This document shows positions 28,322 to 38,636 of a stretch of DNA of 53,707 bases, piece after piece. Below the pieces are notes generated by a model. That model had not been told where the DNA came from, ran no database searches, and saw only the letters and a list, made by a program, of their open reading frames with translations. Source of the stretch: Thermoanaerobaculia bacterium. Lineage in GTDB: Bacteria > Acidobacteriota > Thermoanaerobaculia > UBA5066. Numbering within the stretch: the first letter of the stretch is position 1; every line of letters begins with the position of its first letter. Made by a program: the position numbers and the translations under genes. The stretch lies in the NCBI GenBank assembly GCA_038245905.1, contig JBBRRY010000028.1:1-53707 (forward strand), read 5' to 3'.

Positions 28322-29683
28322 GTGAAAAACATGACGCCGTCCGGGCTCCCTCGCCGCCTCATCGGCCTCCTCGATGCCACGGCGCTCGTCGTCGGCTCGA
28401 TGATCGGTTCGGGCATCTTCATCGTGTCGGCCGAGTCCGCGCGGCTCGTCGGAACGCCGGCGCGGCTCGTCGCCGTGTGGCTCGTCGCCGGGCTGCTCAC
28501 GCTCCTCGCCGCGAACGCGTGCGCGGAGCTCGCGACGATGTTCCCGCTCGCGGGCGGACCATACGTCTTCTTCAGCGAGGCCTACGGGCCGCTTCCGGGA
28601 TTTCTCTACGGGTGGACGACGGTGCTCGTCATCCAGACCGGCACGATCGCGGCCGTTGCCGTCGCGTTCTCGAAGTTCCTCGGCCTCCTCGTGCCGTCCG
28701 TCACGGGCGGCTGGACGAAGGCGGTGGCCGCGCTCGTCGTCCTCGTCCTCACGGGGACGAACGCGCTCGGGCTCCGGGTGGGCACGCGCGTTCAGAACAT
28801 CCTGACTGGCCTCAAGCTCGCCGCGCTTCTGGCTCTCACCGCCGGCGGCATCGTCTTCGAGCGGGCCCAGGCGGTGGCGGTGTCGATGGCGGTGGCGGGA
28901 GACGCGGCCGCGGCCCCGGAGTCCCAGGCGTTCACCGCCCTCGTGCTGGCCTTCGCGCTCGCGCTCGTCGGGCCCGCCTTCTCACAGTCGGCCTGGACGA
29001 ACGTGACGTTTCCGGGCGCCGAGGTCGCCGCGCCCGGCCGCACCTTTCCGCGCGCGCTCCTCCTCGGCTGCTCTCTCGTGGCCGGTCTCTACGTGCTCGC
29101 AAACGTCGGGTACCTCCGGACGCTCGGGCTCTCTGGCATCGCCCACGCACCGCAGGATCGCGTCGGGACGGCGGCGGCGGCGATACTCGTGCCGGGTGGC
29201 GGCGCGTGGATGGCGGCGGCGATTCTCGTCTCTACGTTCGGGTGCGCGAACGGCCTCGTCCTGTCGGGCGCGCGCGTCGTCTACGCTCTCGCCGCGGACG
29301 GCCACCTTCCCGCGGCCGCCGCCCGCCTGAATCGGGCGGGCGTGCCGGGTGTGGCGCTCGGCCTGCAGGCCGCTTGGGCACTTGTCCTCGTGCTCTCGGG
29401 CACGTATACCGATCTCCTGCGTTACGTCGTCTCCGTCGAGTTCGTCGTGCTGGTCCTTCTCGTGCTCGCCGTGCCCGCCCTCAGGCGCCGACTGCCCGCG
29501 CGCGAGCGGCCGTACCGCGCGTGGGGACATCCCTTCACCTCGGGCCTGTTCGTCCTCCTCGCGAGCACGGTCGTCGTCCTCCTCGCGATCGCGAGCCCGC
29601 GCACGACGCTGCCTGGCTTCGGCCTTGTTCTGGCCGGCATCCCGGTCTTCCTCATGCGGCGGGGAAGGGGACACGCGGGATGA
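28322..29683 (+). CDS. APC-family amino acid permease
   Basis: GSMIGSGIF, AELATMFPLAGGPYVF, many TM helices, ERPYRAWG. Confidence 0.9.
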   Translation: MKNMTPSGLPRRLIGLLDATALVVGSMIGSGIFIVSAESARLVGTPARLVAVWLVAGLLTLLAANACAELATMFPLAGGPYVFFSEAYGPLPGFLYGWTTVLVIQTGTIAAVAVAFSKFLGLLVPSVTGGWTKAVAALVVLVLTGTNALGLRVGTRVQNILTGLKLAALLALTAGGIVFERAQAVAVSMAVAGDAAAAPESQAFTALVLAFALALVGPAFSQSAWTNVTFPGAEVAAPGRTFPRALLLGCSLVAGLYVLANVGYLRTLGLSGIAHAPQDRVGTAAAAILVPGGGAWMAAAILVSTFGCANGLVLSGARVVYALAADGHLPAAAARLNRAGVPGVALGLQAAWALVLVLSGTYTDLLRYVVSVEFVVLVLLVLAVPALRRRLPARERPYRAWGHPFTSGLFVLLASTVVVLLAIASPRTTLPGFGLVLAGIPVFLMRRGRGHAG

Positions 29684-30291
29684 AGGAGGCCGGCGAATTC
29701 GCGTGGCTCCTCACGTTCGAGGGCGAGGAGGCTGCCGCGAACGAGGCCGCGCGCGGCGCCGCCGCGGCGATCCTCGCGTCGCGCCTGCCCGGGGTGGTCG
29801 ATGTCGTGACGGCGGCGCGATCCGTGCTCGTCGCCGGCACGCCGGAGCTGGATCCCGGCGCGCTCGGTGCGTTCGAGAGGGACCGAACAAAGGCCGCGGC
29901 GGTGGCCGCGGCGCCCCGCACGCACGAGATCCGGATGGGGCCGGACGGTGCGGATCTCGACGAGATCGCCTCGCGCTCCGGACTCTCGCCGGCGGCGTTT
30001 CTCGAGACCTTCGCGCGGATCCGGTTCACGGTCGGGTTCCTGGGCTTCTCGCCGGGGTTCGCCTATCTCTACGGGCTTCCCCGGGCATTTCATCTTCCGC
30101 GGCGCGGCACGCCCCGGGTCTCCGTGCCCGCGGGCAGCATCGCCCTCGCGGGACCGTACGTCGGGATCTATCCGGCGTCGACGCCCGGCGGCTGGAATCT
30201 CCTCGGCACGACGCAACGCCGTCTCTTCGACCTTCGCGCCGATCCTCCTTTTCTCTTCGCGCCGGGCGACCGCGTGAGATTCCGGCTGTGA
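29680..30291 (+). CDS. pxpB: 5-oxoprolinase subunit B (KipI-like)
   Basis: ATG 29680; FLGFSPGFAYL, PRVSVPAGSIALAG, IYPASTPGGWNLLG. Confidence 0.88.
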   Translation: MKEAGEFAWLLTFEGEEAAANEAARGAAAAILASRLPGVVDVVTAARSVLVAGTPELDPGALGAFERDRTKAAAVAAAPRTHEIRMGPDGADLDEIASRSGLSPAAFLETFARIRFTVGFLGFSPGFAYLYGLPRAFHLPRRGTPRVSVPAGSIALAGPYVGIYPASTPGGWNLLGTTQRRLFDLRADPPFLFAPGDRVRFRL

Positions 30292-31214
30292 CGCCGCCAC
30301 GAGGCCTCCTCGCGCTCGAGCCCGGGCTCGTGACGACGGTCCAGGACCTCGGGCGTCACGGCTGGGCAGCGTGCGGTGTGCCCGTGGCCGGCGCGCTCGA
30401 CGTGGAGGCCCTCTGCCTCGCGAACCGGCTCGTCGGAAATGCCGAGGGCCTGGCCGCGCTCGAAATTACGCTCGTCGGTCCGGTGCTGCGCGCGTCGGGC
30501 GCGCTCGACGTCGCGGTCGTGGGAGGTTCGTTCGGGCCGAGCCCGGGGAGAGTGCTTCATCTCGAGGACGGCGAGGTGCTGTCGCTCGCGGCCGCTCGCG
30601 GCGCGGCGCGCGCCATCGTCGCCGTCTCGGGCGGGATCGACGTCCCCGTCGTCCTGGGGAGCCGCTCCACTTGTCTCTCAGCCCACTTCGGCGGATTCCA
30701 GGGCAGGCGGCTCTGGCGCGGAGACTTTCTCGCCGTGGGGGCGCCGTCGTCGCCCGCGCTCCTCGATGCTTCGGTCGACCTTCTGGAGCCGGGACCGGGT
30801 GACGTCGTCCTGCGGGCGTTCGCGGGTCCGGACGAAGCGGAATTCGACACGGCCGGGCGCGCGGCGTTCTGGGGATCGCTCTGGAAGATCCTGCCCGAGT
30901 CGAACCGTATGGGTCTGAGGCTCGGAGGGCCGTCCCTCGGCCTCCAGGAAACGGCCTCGCGCGCGTCGGAGGGGACGACGCCAGGTACGGTCCAGATTAC
31001 GGCGGACGGCCATCCGATCGTCCTTCTGGCCGAGAGGCCCACGACGGGCGGCTACCCGAAGCTCGCCATTGTCGCCGCCGTCGATCTCGGCCTCCTCGCC
31101 CGGACGCCGCCAGGGCGAAGCGTGCGCTTTGAGAGAATCTCCGTAGCCGAAGCTCGAAAGCTCTTCGTCGTGCGTGATGTCCGTCTCCGTTCCTTTCCGG
31201 GAGGCCGAAAATGA
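30288..31214 (+). CDS. pxpC: 5-oxoprolinase subunit C (KipA-like)
   Basis: GTG 30288; TTVQDLGR, ANRLVGN, LGSRST, SNRMGLRL, TTGGYPK. Confidence 0.9.
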   Translation: MTPPRGLLALEPGLVTTVQDLGRHGWAACGVPVAGALDVEALCLANRLVGNAEGLAALEITLVGPVLRASGALDVAVVGGSFGPSPGRVLHLEDGEVLSLAAARGAARAIVAVSGGIDVPVVLGSRSTCLSAHFGGFQGRRLWRGDFLAVGAPSSPALLDASVDLLEPGPGDVVLRAFAGPDEAEFDTAGRAAFWGSLWKILPESNRMGLRLGGPSLGLQETASRASEGTTPGTVQITADGHPIVLLAERPTTGGYPKLAIVAAVDLGLLARTPPGRSVRFERISVAEARKLFVVRDVRLRSFPGGRK

Positions 31215-32005
31215 CCCAGCCCGTTCGTGAATACCGCACCAGGGGACGCTTCGCCGTCGACCTGAATTTCGACGGGGGCGAGGGCGCGGACGACGCGGCC
31301 CTGATGCGCTCGGTCTCGACCGTGAATATCGCCTGCGGGGGGCACGCGGGGGACGAGCGCTCCATGCGCCAGGTCGTGCGCCTCGCCCTCTCGAGAGGCG
31401 TCGCGATCTGCGCGCACCCTTCGTACGAGGACCGCGAGAACTTCGGGCGCGTGCCCGTCGCTCTCGCGCCCGCGGCGATCGAGGATCTCGTGAGGAGGCA
31501 GGTCGAGACGCTCCGGAATATCGTCCGCGGGGAAGCGGGCCAGCTCACGGGCGTCAAGCCCCACGGGGCTCTCTACCATGCCGCGGCGGCCGATGGTGCG
31601 GTCGCGGCGGCGGTGGCGCGGGCCATTCGGGACGTGTCGCCGGATCTTGTCGTCGTCTCGGCCCCAGGCTCGAAGCTGCTCGATGCCGCGCGCGCGCTCG
31701 GACTCGCTGTGGCGGTGGAAGGGTTCGTCGACCGCGGTTACGAAGCCGACGGCTCGCTCGTCGCGCGTGGAAGGCCGGGAGCGCTCATCGAGGATCCGTT
31801 GGACGCCGCGCGCTCGGCGCTCGCGATCGTTTTCGAGCGCAGCCTCGTCGCGCGAAATGGACAGACGATTCCTGTCGCGGCCGATACGCTCTGTGTCCAC
31901 GGCGATACCCCGAACGCGGCCGAGATCGCGACGGCCGTCCGGAAGGCGCTCGTGGACGCGGAGGTCATCGTACGCAGTCTCAGGGGTTGGCGTCCGGCGG
32001 CGTGA
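31211..32005 (+). CDS. pxpA: 5-oxoprolinase subunit A (LamB/YcsF)
   Basis: NIACGGHAGD, AHPSY.D..NFGR, VKPHGALY, TLCVHGDTP. Confidence 0.92.
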   Translation: MTQPVREYRTRGRFAVDLNFDGGEGADDAALMRSVSTVNIACGGHAGDERSMRQVVRLALSRGVAICAHPSYEDRENFGRVPVALAPAAIEDLVRRQVETLRNIVRGEAGQLTGVKPHGALYHAAAADGAVAAAVARAIRDVSPDLVVVSAPGSKLLDAARALGLAVAVEGFVDRGYEADGSLVARGRPGALIEDPLDAARSALAIVFERSLVARNGQTIPVAADTLCVHGDTPNAAEIATAVRKALVDAEVIVRSLRGWRPAA

Positions 32006-32037
32006 CGGGGGCCGGAACCCGCTAAACTACGTGCTCC

Positions 32038-34254
32038 ATGGCGAATACGGCCGCCCCCTTGACCCCCGCCATCGTGGCCGAGCATGGGCTCTCGCCGGAC
32101 GAGTTCCAGAAGATTCGGGAAATCCTGGGCCGCGAACCGAACCTCGTGGAGCTCGGCATCTACTCGGCGCTCTGGAGTGAGCACTGCTCGTACAAGTCGT
32201 CGAAGCCCTTCCTGAGGGAGCTCCCGACGACGGGCCCGCGCGTGCTGCAGGGCCCGGGCGAGAACGCCGGAGCCGTGGACATCGGCGACGGCCTCGCCGT
32301 CGTCTTCAAGATGGAGTCCCACAACCATCCGTCGTTCATCGAGCCGTATCAGGGTGCGGCCACGGGCGTGGGAGGAATTCTGCGCGACGTCTTCACGATG
32401 GGCGCCCGCCCGCTCGCGATCCTCGACGGGCTCTTTTTCGGAGACCTCGGGGCCCCGCGCATGCGCGACCTCGTCGACGGCGTCGTGCGCGGAATCGGCG
32501 GCTACGGCAACTGCATCGGCGTGCCGACGGTCGGCGGGATGACCTTTTTTCACCCCGCCTACGACAAGAACATCCTCGTCAACGCGATGGCGGTCGGCCT
32601 CGTCCGCCAGGACCGGATCTTCCGCGCGAAGGCCGCGGGGCCCGGGAATCCCGTCCTCTACGCGGGCTCGAAAACGGGCCGCGACGGGATCCATGGCGCG
32701 TCGATGGCCTCGGACGTGTTCGACGACGCGAAGGCCCAGCGCCGGCCCACCGTACAGGTGGGCGACCCCTTCGTCGAGAAGCTCGTGCTCGAGGCGGTCC
32801 TCGAGGTGCTCCAGGGTGACGCCGTCGTCGCGATCCAGGACATGGGCGCCGCGGGGCTGACGTCCTCCACGTTCGAGATGTGCTCGCGCGGCGGCGTCGG
32901 GATGGAGATCGACCTCTCGAAGGTTCCGATGCGCGAGACGGGAATGACGCCGTACGAGCTGATGCTCTCCGAATCGCAGGAGCGGATGGTGCTCGTCGTC
33001 CACAAGGGGAGGGAAGCCGAGGTCGCCGCCATCTTCCGAAAATGGGGCGTCGACGTCGAGACGATCGGCGTCGTGCGCAAGGAGCCTCGCATGCGCCTTC
33101 TCTGGGAGGGCGCCGTGGTCGCCGATCTCGAGATCGCCCCGCTCGTCGAATCGGCTCCTCTCTATCGCCGTGCGTTCACGCTTCCGAAGGTCCTGCCGCC
33201 CGCGACGTCTGTCTCTCTCGACGGAGCGCCGGAGGACGCCGCGGCTCTTCTCGCGCTCCTTGCGTCTCCGAACCTCTCTAGCAAGCGCTGGATCACGACG
33301 CAGTACGACTGGAGCGTGCGGACGAACACGGTCGCGGGCCCCGGCGGCGACGCGGCGATCATCCGGGTGCCGGGCACCGCGAAGGGCCTCGCCATGACGT
33401 GCGACGTCAACCCGCGCTACGTCGCCCAGGATCCGCAGACGGGGGCCGCGCACGCGGTCGCCGAGGCCGCGCTGAATCTCGCGTGCGTCGGCGCGAAGCC
33501 CCTCGCCGTCACGGACTGCCTCAACTTCGGAAACCCCGAGCGTCCCGAGATCCTCGGCCAGTTTGCGGCCGCGATTCGCGGTCTGTCGGAAGCGTGCCGG
33601 GCCTTCGAGACGCCGGTCGTCTCCGGCAACGTGTCGCTCTACAACGAAACGGACGGCGTCTCGATTCTTCCGACGCCCACGGTCGGGATGGTCGGTCTCC
33701 TCGACGACGTCACGCGCACGGTGGGCCTCCATTTCGCACAGGAGGGCGACCTCGTCGCGCTTCTCGGGACGACCCGCGACGAGATGGGAGCCAGCGAATA
33801 CCTCACGACGATCCTCGGCCGGGACGAGGGCCCGTGCCCGTCGCTCGACTTCGCGACGTCCCGGGCGCTCGTGAACATGCTCCTCGAGACCGTGAGGGAC
33901 GGCATGCTCACCTCGGCCCACGACGTGTCCGAGGGTGGCCTCGCCGTGGCTCTCGCGGAGGCGGCGATGGGCCCGCGCGGCCTCGGAGCCGTCCTCGACG
34001 TCAAGACGCCTCTCTCCTCCACACGTCTTCTCTTTTCCCAGACCGCCGGGCGCGCCGTCGTTTCGCTGCCTGCGGGTCGCGAGCGCAACCTCGTGGAGGC
34101 CGGGCGCCGTTACGGCGTCGCCACGGCGCTTCTCGGCCGTGTCGTGCCCGGCCGGCTCGCCTTGTCCGTCAACGGCGTTCGCGCGTTCGACCTTGAAACG
34201 TCCGCGCTGAAGGCCCTGTACGAATCCGCATTCGAGAGACTCCTGGAGGCCTGA
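32038..34254 (+). CDS. purL: FGAM synthase subunit PurL
   Basis: [52 protein letters not shown]. Confidence 0.97.
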   Translation: MANTAAPLTPAIVAEHGLSPDEFQKIREILGREPNLVELGIYSALWSEHCSYKSSKPFLRELPTTGPRVLQGPGENAGAVDIGDGLAVVFKMESHNHPSFIEPYQGAATGVGGILRDVFTMGARPLAILDGLFFGDLGAPRMRDLVDGVVRGIGGYGNCIGVPTVGGMTFFHPAYDKNILVNAMAVGLVRQDRIFRAKAAGPGNPVLYAGSKTGRDGIHGASMASDVFDDAKAQRRPTVQVGDPFVEKLVLEAVLEVLQGDAVVAIQDMGAAGLTSSTFEMCSRGGVGMEIDLSKVPMRETGMTPYELMLSESQERMVLVVHKGREAEVAAIFRKWGVDVETIGVVRKEPRMRLLWEGAVVADLEIAPLVESAPLYRRAFTLPKVLPPATSVSLDGAPEDAAALLALLASPNLSSKRWITTQYDWSVRTNTVAGPGGDAAIIRVPGTAKGLAMTCDVNPRYVAQDPQTGAAHAVAEAALNLACVGAKPLAVTDCLNFGNPERPEILGQFAAAIRGLSEACRAFETPVVSGNVSLYNETDGVSILPTPTVGMVGLLDDVTRTVGLHFAQEGDLVALLGTTRDEMGASEYLTTILGRDEGPCPSLDFATSRALVNMLLETVRDGMLTSAHDVSEGGLAVALAEAAMGPRGLGAVLDVKTPLSSTRLLFSQTAGRAVVSLPAGRERNLVEAGRRYGVATALLGRVVPGRLALSVNGVRAFDLETSALKALYESAFERLLEA

Positions 34255-34257
34255 ACC

Positions 34258-34845
34258 ATGAAGACGCTCCCCGTCCTCGCCGCGCTCGTCGTCCTGTCCG
34301 CCGCGTCTCTTGGGGCGCGCGCTGGCGATCTGAAGATCGGCGGTCCGGCGCCCGACTTCACGCTGCCGGCCGCCTCGGATGGGAAAGCCGTCGCGCTCAA
34401 GGATCTCCTCGCGGGGAACAAGGCGGTCGCCATCGTCTTCGTCGCGACGAAGTGCCCCGTCTCGAACGCGTACAACACGCGGATGGCCGCGCTCGGGAAG
34501 GAGTATGCCGCGAAGGGGATCCCGCTCGTCGGGATCAACAGCAACAAGACGGAGCCGGCGGCCGATGTGAAAGTGCACGCCGAGAAGCACGGCTTCACGT
34601 TTCCCGTTCTCAAGGACGACGCGAACAAGATCGCCGACGCGTACGGCGCATCCCACACGCCGGAGGTCTTCGTCGTCGACCCGAAGGGAAACCTGATCTA
34701 CCACGGCCGCATCGACGAGAACCAGGACGATGCCGGGAACGTGAAGTCCCCGGATCTCCACAATGCGCTCGACGCGGTGCTCGCCGGCAAGCCGGTCCCC
34801 ACGCCCCAGACGAAGGCCTTCGGCTGCTCGATCAAGCGCGTGTGA
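34258..34845 (+). CDS. Exported AhpC/TSA-type thioredoxin-fold protein
   Basis: Signal peptide, APDFTL, TKCPVS, TPEVFV, YHGRID, C-terminal FGCSIK. Confidence 0.85.
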   Translation: MKTLPVLAALVVLSAASLGARAGDLKIGGPAPDFTLPAASDGKAVALKDLLAGNKAVAIVFVATKCPVSNAYNTRMAALGKEYAAKGIPLVGINSNKTEPAADVKVHAEKHGFTFPVLKDDANKIADAYGASHTPEVFVVDPKGNLIYHGRIDENQDDAGNVKSPDLHNALDAVLAGKPVPTPQTKAFGCSIKRV

Positions 34846-35345
34846 GGCTCGCCATCAGATTCCTGCTGGCGGCGGCGGCCTTCACGATCGTCGCGCGGCC
34901 CGTGGCGGGCGAGTCCGTGAAGCTCGTGAAGCCGGAGCAGTATCGTTCCCGCGTCGTCGCGGCGAAGAAGGGCCGGGTCGTGCTCGTGAATTTCTGGGCC
35001 ACGTGGTGCGAGCCGTGCCGCGAGGAGATGCCTGCTCTCGTCGCCGCCGCGAAGGGGTTCCCCGCCAAGGACGTCGCCGTGACCCTCGTGTCGACCGACT
35101 CGCTGAAGAAAACGCCGGACGTGCAGAAGTTTCTCGCGTCCGAAAAGATCCCCTTCGTCTGCTGGCAAGCGAAGAGCACCGATCCGCAGCGCTTCATCGA
35201 AGCCGTCGACAAGACTTGGAACGGCGCCGTGCCGTATACGCTCGTATACGACCGAAAGGGCGTGCTCGCCGCCCGGCTCCTCGGCCCGCAGACCGAGCGG
35301 TCGTTTTCCGAGGCGATCCAGAAGGCGCTGGCCGCGGGTCCTTGA
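34842..35345 (+). CDS. TlpA-family disulfide reductase
   Basis: GTG 34842; VNFWATWCEPCREEMP, GAVPYT. Confidence 0.88.
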   Translation: MRLAIRFLLAAAAFTIVARPVAGESVKLVKPEQYRSRVVAAKKGRVVLVNFWATWCEPCREEMPALVAAAKGFPAKDVAVTLVSTDSLKKTPDVQKFLASEKIPFVCWQAKSTDPQRFIEAVDKTWNGAVPYTLVYDRKGVLAARLLGPQTERSFSEAIQKALAAGP

Positions 35346-35968
35346 GAGCGCGACGAAGGTCCGCGCGCCGCCCGCGTTTCGACGCGCTTTTCCTCGACCG
35401 TGACGGAACGCTCGTCGTCGAGCGTGGTTTCCTCGGCGATCCGAAGGACATCCGTCTCGCGGCGGGCGCCGCCGAGCGCCTCCGCGTCTTCGCGCGCGAA
35501 GGCACTGCCCTTTTCATCGTGACGAACCAGTCGGGCCTCGCTCGGGGGTTCCTGACCCGGAGCCAAGTGGATGCCGTGAACGCCGAAGTCGTGCGGCGCT
35601 ACGCCGTCCGGGGCGTTCCCTTCGCCGGCGTCCTCGTGTGCCCGCACCACCCCGAAGGAGCGGTCGCGTCCCTCAGGCGCCGGTGCCTCTGCCGGAAGCC
35701 GGGCACTCTTCTCCACGAGCGCGCGCTCCGCGCCCGCGGGCTCTCGGCCCGCCGCTCGGCGGTCGTGGGAGACAAGTGGGACGACGTGGGCTCGGGCATC
35801 GCGCTCGGCGCGGTGACGGCGCACGTCCTCACGGGGCATGGCCGGCGGGAACGCCCGCTCGTGATCGCCCGCGCGCCCGGTGCGATACTCGCGACGACGC
35901 TCGCCGATGCGCTCGATCAGCTTCTGTCCCGCGCCCCCACCCGGCGTCCTCCGCGGAGGTCCGTATGA
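35342..35968 (+). CDS. gmhB: D,D-heptose 1,7-bisphosphate phosphatase (HAD IIIA)
   Basis: FLDRDGTL, VTNQSG, CPHHP...CLCRKPG, VGDK. TTG start approximate. Confidence 0.88.
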   Translation: MRARRRSARRPRFDALFLDRDGTLVVERGFLGDPKDIRLAAGAAERLRVFAREGTALFIVTNQSGLARGFLTRSQVDAVNAEVVRRYAVRGVPFAGVLVCPHHPEGAVASLRRRCLCRKPGTLLHERALRARGLSARRSAVVGDKWDDVGSGIALGAVTAHVLTGHGRRERPLVIARAPGAILATTLADALDQLLSRAPTRRPPRRSV

Positions 35969-37419
35969 CGCCGCGTGAAATCGCCGCGCTCGCGGCGGCG
36001 GCGCCGAGTGTCACGGTTGCCGTCGCCGGCGACCTGATGCTGGACGAGACGTGGACGGGCTCCGTCGAGCGGGTCGCTCCGGAGGCCCCTGTGCCCCTGC
36101 TTTCGCTCGTGGCGATGAGCCGGCGCGCCGGCGGGGCGGGCAACGTCGTCGAGAACCTCACCGCTCTCGGCGCGCGCGTCGTCGCGCTCGGCGCGGTGGG
36201 CCCGGGCGAGGAGGGCGCGTGGCTCGCGCGGCGGCTCACGACGCTGCCGGGCGCGTCGGGCACCGTCGTCGTCGACCCTCTTCGCGCGACGCCCGTGAAG
36301 CGGCGCATGGTGTCGGAAGGTCGCCAGATGCTGCGCGTCGACGAGGAGCTCGCCTCGTCCCTGTCTCCGTCCGTCGAGCGGGAGCTCCTCGCTGCCGCGC
36401 GGCGAGCGGTGGACGCCGCCGACGTGCTGCTCCTCTCGGACTACGCGAAGGGCACGCTCACTCCGGCTCTCGTGGGGGCTCTTCTGGACGCGGCGCGCGC
36501 GAAGGGAATCCCGGCGCTCGTCGACCCGAAGGGACGCGACTACTCGCGGTACCGCGGCGCGACGGTCGTCACGCCGAATCGCAAGGAGCTCGAAACCGTG
36601 ACGGGCGAATCCGCGCGCGACCTCCCGGCCGTCGCCCGCCTCGGCACGCGCCTCCGGGACGAGCTCGGCCTCGAGGCGCTTCTCGTGAAGCTTTCCGAGG
36701 AGGGCATGCTGCTTCTCGAGCGGGGGAAGGAGCCGCGCCGGATCACGGCTCACGCACGCGAAGTCTTCGACGTGACGGGCGCGGGCGACACCGTGCTCGC
36801 CGCGCTCGGCGTGGCCATGGGATGTGGTCTCGGGCTCTTCGAAGCGGCCGGAGTCGCGAACCGGGCCGCGGGCTGCGCGGTGGCGCGCGTCGGAACCGCG
36901 CCGGTCCACTGGGCCGATCTTCTCGAGAGCGCGTCGGGCGCTCCGCACGAGAAGCTTCTCGATCGCGCGCATCTTCCGGCCCTCTCGTCGATGCTGCGGC
37001 GGGCGCACAAGAAAGTCGTCTTCACGAACGGCTGCTTCGACCTCCTGCATCCGGGACACGTGAGGCTCCTGACGGAGGCGCGGCGGGGCGGCGACATTCT
37101 CGTCGTCGGCCTCAACAGCGACGCGTCCGTGAAGAGGCTCAAGGGCGAGGGCCGGCCCATTCTTTCCGAGGCGGACCGGGCGCAAGTCCTCGGCGGACTC
37201 GACTCCGTAGACTTCGTCGTCGTGTTCGACGAGGACACGCCGGAGGCGATCATCCGGGAGCTTAGGCCCCAGACGCTCGTCAAGGGGGGCGACTACACGG
37301 AGGCCTCCGTCGTCGGCGCGCCTTTCGTGCGCTCTTACGGCGGGAACGTAGTCCTGATTCCTCTCGTGGAAGGCCGGTCGACCTCATCGATGGTCGCGCG
37401 CCTGAAAGGCGGGAGCTGA
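35965..37419 (+). CDS. hldE: Bifunctional heptose 7-phosphate kinase / heptose 1-phosphate adenylyltransferase
   Basis: ATG 35965; PfkB domain (SDYAKG, DVTGAGDTV) plus cytidylyltransferase domain (FTNGCFDLLHPGH, KGGDY). Confidence 0.93.
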   Translation: MTPREIAALAAAAPSVTVAVAGDLMLDETWTGSVERVAPEAPVPLLSLVAMSRRAGGAGNVVENLTALGARVVALGAVGPGEEGAWLARRLTTLPGASGTVVVDPLRATPVKRRMVSEGRQMLRVDEELASSLSPSVERELLAAARRAVDAADVLLLSDYAKGTLTPALVGALLDAARAKGIPALVDPKGRDYSRYRGATVVTPNRKELETVTGESARDLPAVARLGTRLRDELGLEALLVKLSEEGMLLLERGKEPRRITAHAREVFDVTGAGDTVLAALGVAMGCGLGLFEAAGVANRAAGCAVARVGTAPVHWADLLESASGAPHEKLLDRAHLPALSSMLRRAHKKVVFTNGCFDLLHPGHVRLLTEARRGGDILVVGLNSDASVKRLKGEGRPILSEADRAQVLGGLDSVDFVVVFDEDTPEAIIRELRPQTLVKGGDYTEASVVGAPFVRSYGGNVVLIPLVEGRSTSSMVARLKGGS

Positions 37420-37982
37420 TGCGCGGGTATTTCGATGACCTCGCGACTCTCGTCTCCGGGGCGTCCCTCTCCATCGGGCCTGCCGTCGACAAGGCCGCGC
37501 GGCTCGTGGCGGAAGCCGCGCTCTCCTCGCGCACGACGTTCGCGTTCGGGAACGGCGGCAGCGCGACGCAGGCCCAGCACTTCGTGGCCGAGCTCGTCGT
37601 GCGCTACAAGGACGACCGTCCCGCCCTGCCGGCGGTCGCGCTCACGGCCGACGTCGCGATCCTGACGGCCTGCGCGAACGACTACGACTATTCGGTGATT
37701 TTCGCGCGGCAGATCGAGGCGCTCGGGAAGGCCGGTGACGTCGCCGTGGGTTTCACGACCTCGGGAAAGAGCCCGAACGTTCTGAAGGCGCTCGAGGCGG
37801 CAAAGGCGCGCGGCCTCACGACGATCATGCTCACGGGCGAGAAGGGACGCGCGGAAGCCTCGCGCTGGGATGTCGGCATCGTCGTACCTTCGACCGAGAC
37901 GGCCCACGTGCAGGAGCTGCACCTCGCTGCCCTGCATCTGATCTGCCGGTTCGTAGACCAGGAACGGGGCCGCAGGGGCTGA
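37419..37982 (+). CDS. gmhA: Phosphoheptose isomerase (SIS domain)
   Basis: GNGGSATQAQHFVAEL, ANDYDY, TTSGKSPNV, VQELH. Confidence 0.92.
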   Translation: MRGYFDDLATLVSGASLSIGPAVDKAARLVAEAALSSRTTFAFGNGGSATQAQHFVAELVVRYKDDRPALPAVALTADVAILTACANDYDYSVIFARQIEALGKAGDVAVGFTTSGKSPNVLKALEAAKARGLTTIMLTGEKGRAEASRWDVGIVVPSTETAHVQELHLAALHLICRFVDQERGRRG

Positions 37983-37988
37983 CCAGGA

Positions 37989-38636
37989 GTGGAGGGCCGC
38001 ACGGGTGCGCTCCTGAAGGCCGCGGCGATCGCCCTCGTCGCGTGGCTCGCGATCGACCGGTTCCTTCCGGCGGTCCCGCTTTCGTTCCTCTCTTCGGAGG
38101 CGGCCGCTCGTCCGAACGCGCTCAAGGAGCCCGTGCAGGAGGAGCCGGTGCGCGAGCCTTTCGCGGAGACGCGCGGCCGCCGGACGTATCGGATCTCTCC
38201 CCGGGCCGCGTATGACGTCGCCGCGCGCGTGGGCGCGACCGAGCGCTACTGGTGGGGCGCCCCGGGCAGCCTTCTTCCCTGGGACTTCGTCCTCACATGG
38301 GGTGCCGTGACGAAGGACCCGGGGTGGTCGCGCATTTCGTTCTCGCAGTCCGGGCGCTTCTACCAGTGGTCGACCCACGATTCGTCCCTCGACCTCGGAT
38401 ACGTCTCGAGCCACACCGCGAACACGCATTTACTCCCGGGCTCGTCCCGCGTCGCGTCGGCCCTCGCGCGTGTTCGGCGGGGCGACGTCGTGCGCCTCGA
38501 GGGCGACCTCGTCGACATCGAAGGCCCGGGCGGGTTCGCCTGGAGGACGAGCCTGACGCGGACGGACACGGGCGCGGGCGCGTGCGAGACGCTCTACGTC
38601 CACGCGATCACGATCGGGACGAGGAGGTACCGCTAG
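37989..38636 (+). CDS. Hypothetical exported/membrane-anchored protein
   Basis: AGGA SD, N-terminal hydrophobic helix, SLTRTDTGAGACE; follows gmhA in the same direction. Confidence 0.7.
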   Translation: MEGRTGALLKAAAIALVAWLAIDRFLPAVPLSFLSSEAAARPNALKEPVQEEPVREPFAETRGRRTYRISPRAAYDVAARVGATERYWWGAPGSLLPWDFVLTWGAVTKDPGWSRISFSQSGRFYQWSTHDSSLDLGYVSSHTANTHLLPGSSRVASALARVRRGDVVRLEGDLVDIEGPGGFAWRTSLTRTDTGAGACETLYVHAITIGTRRYR

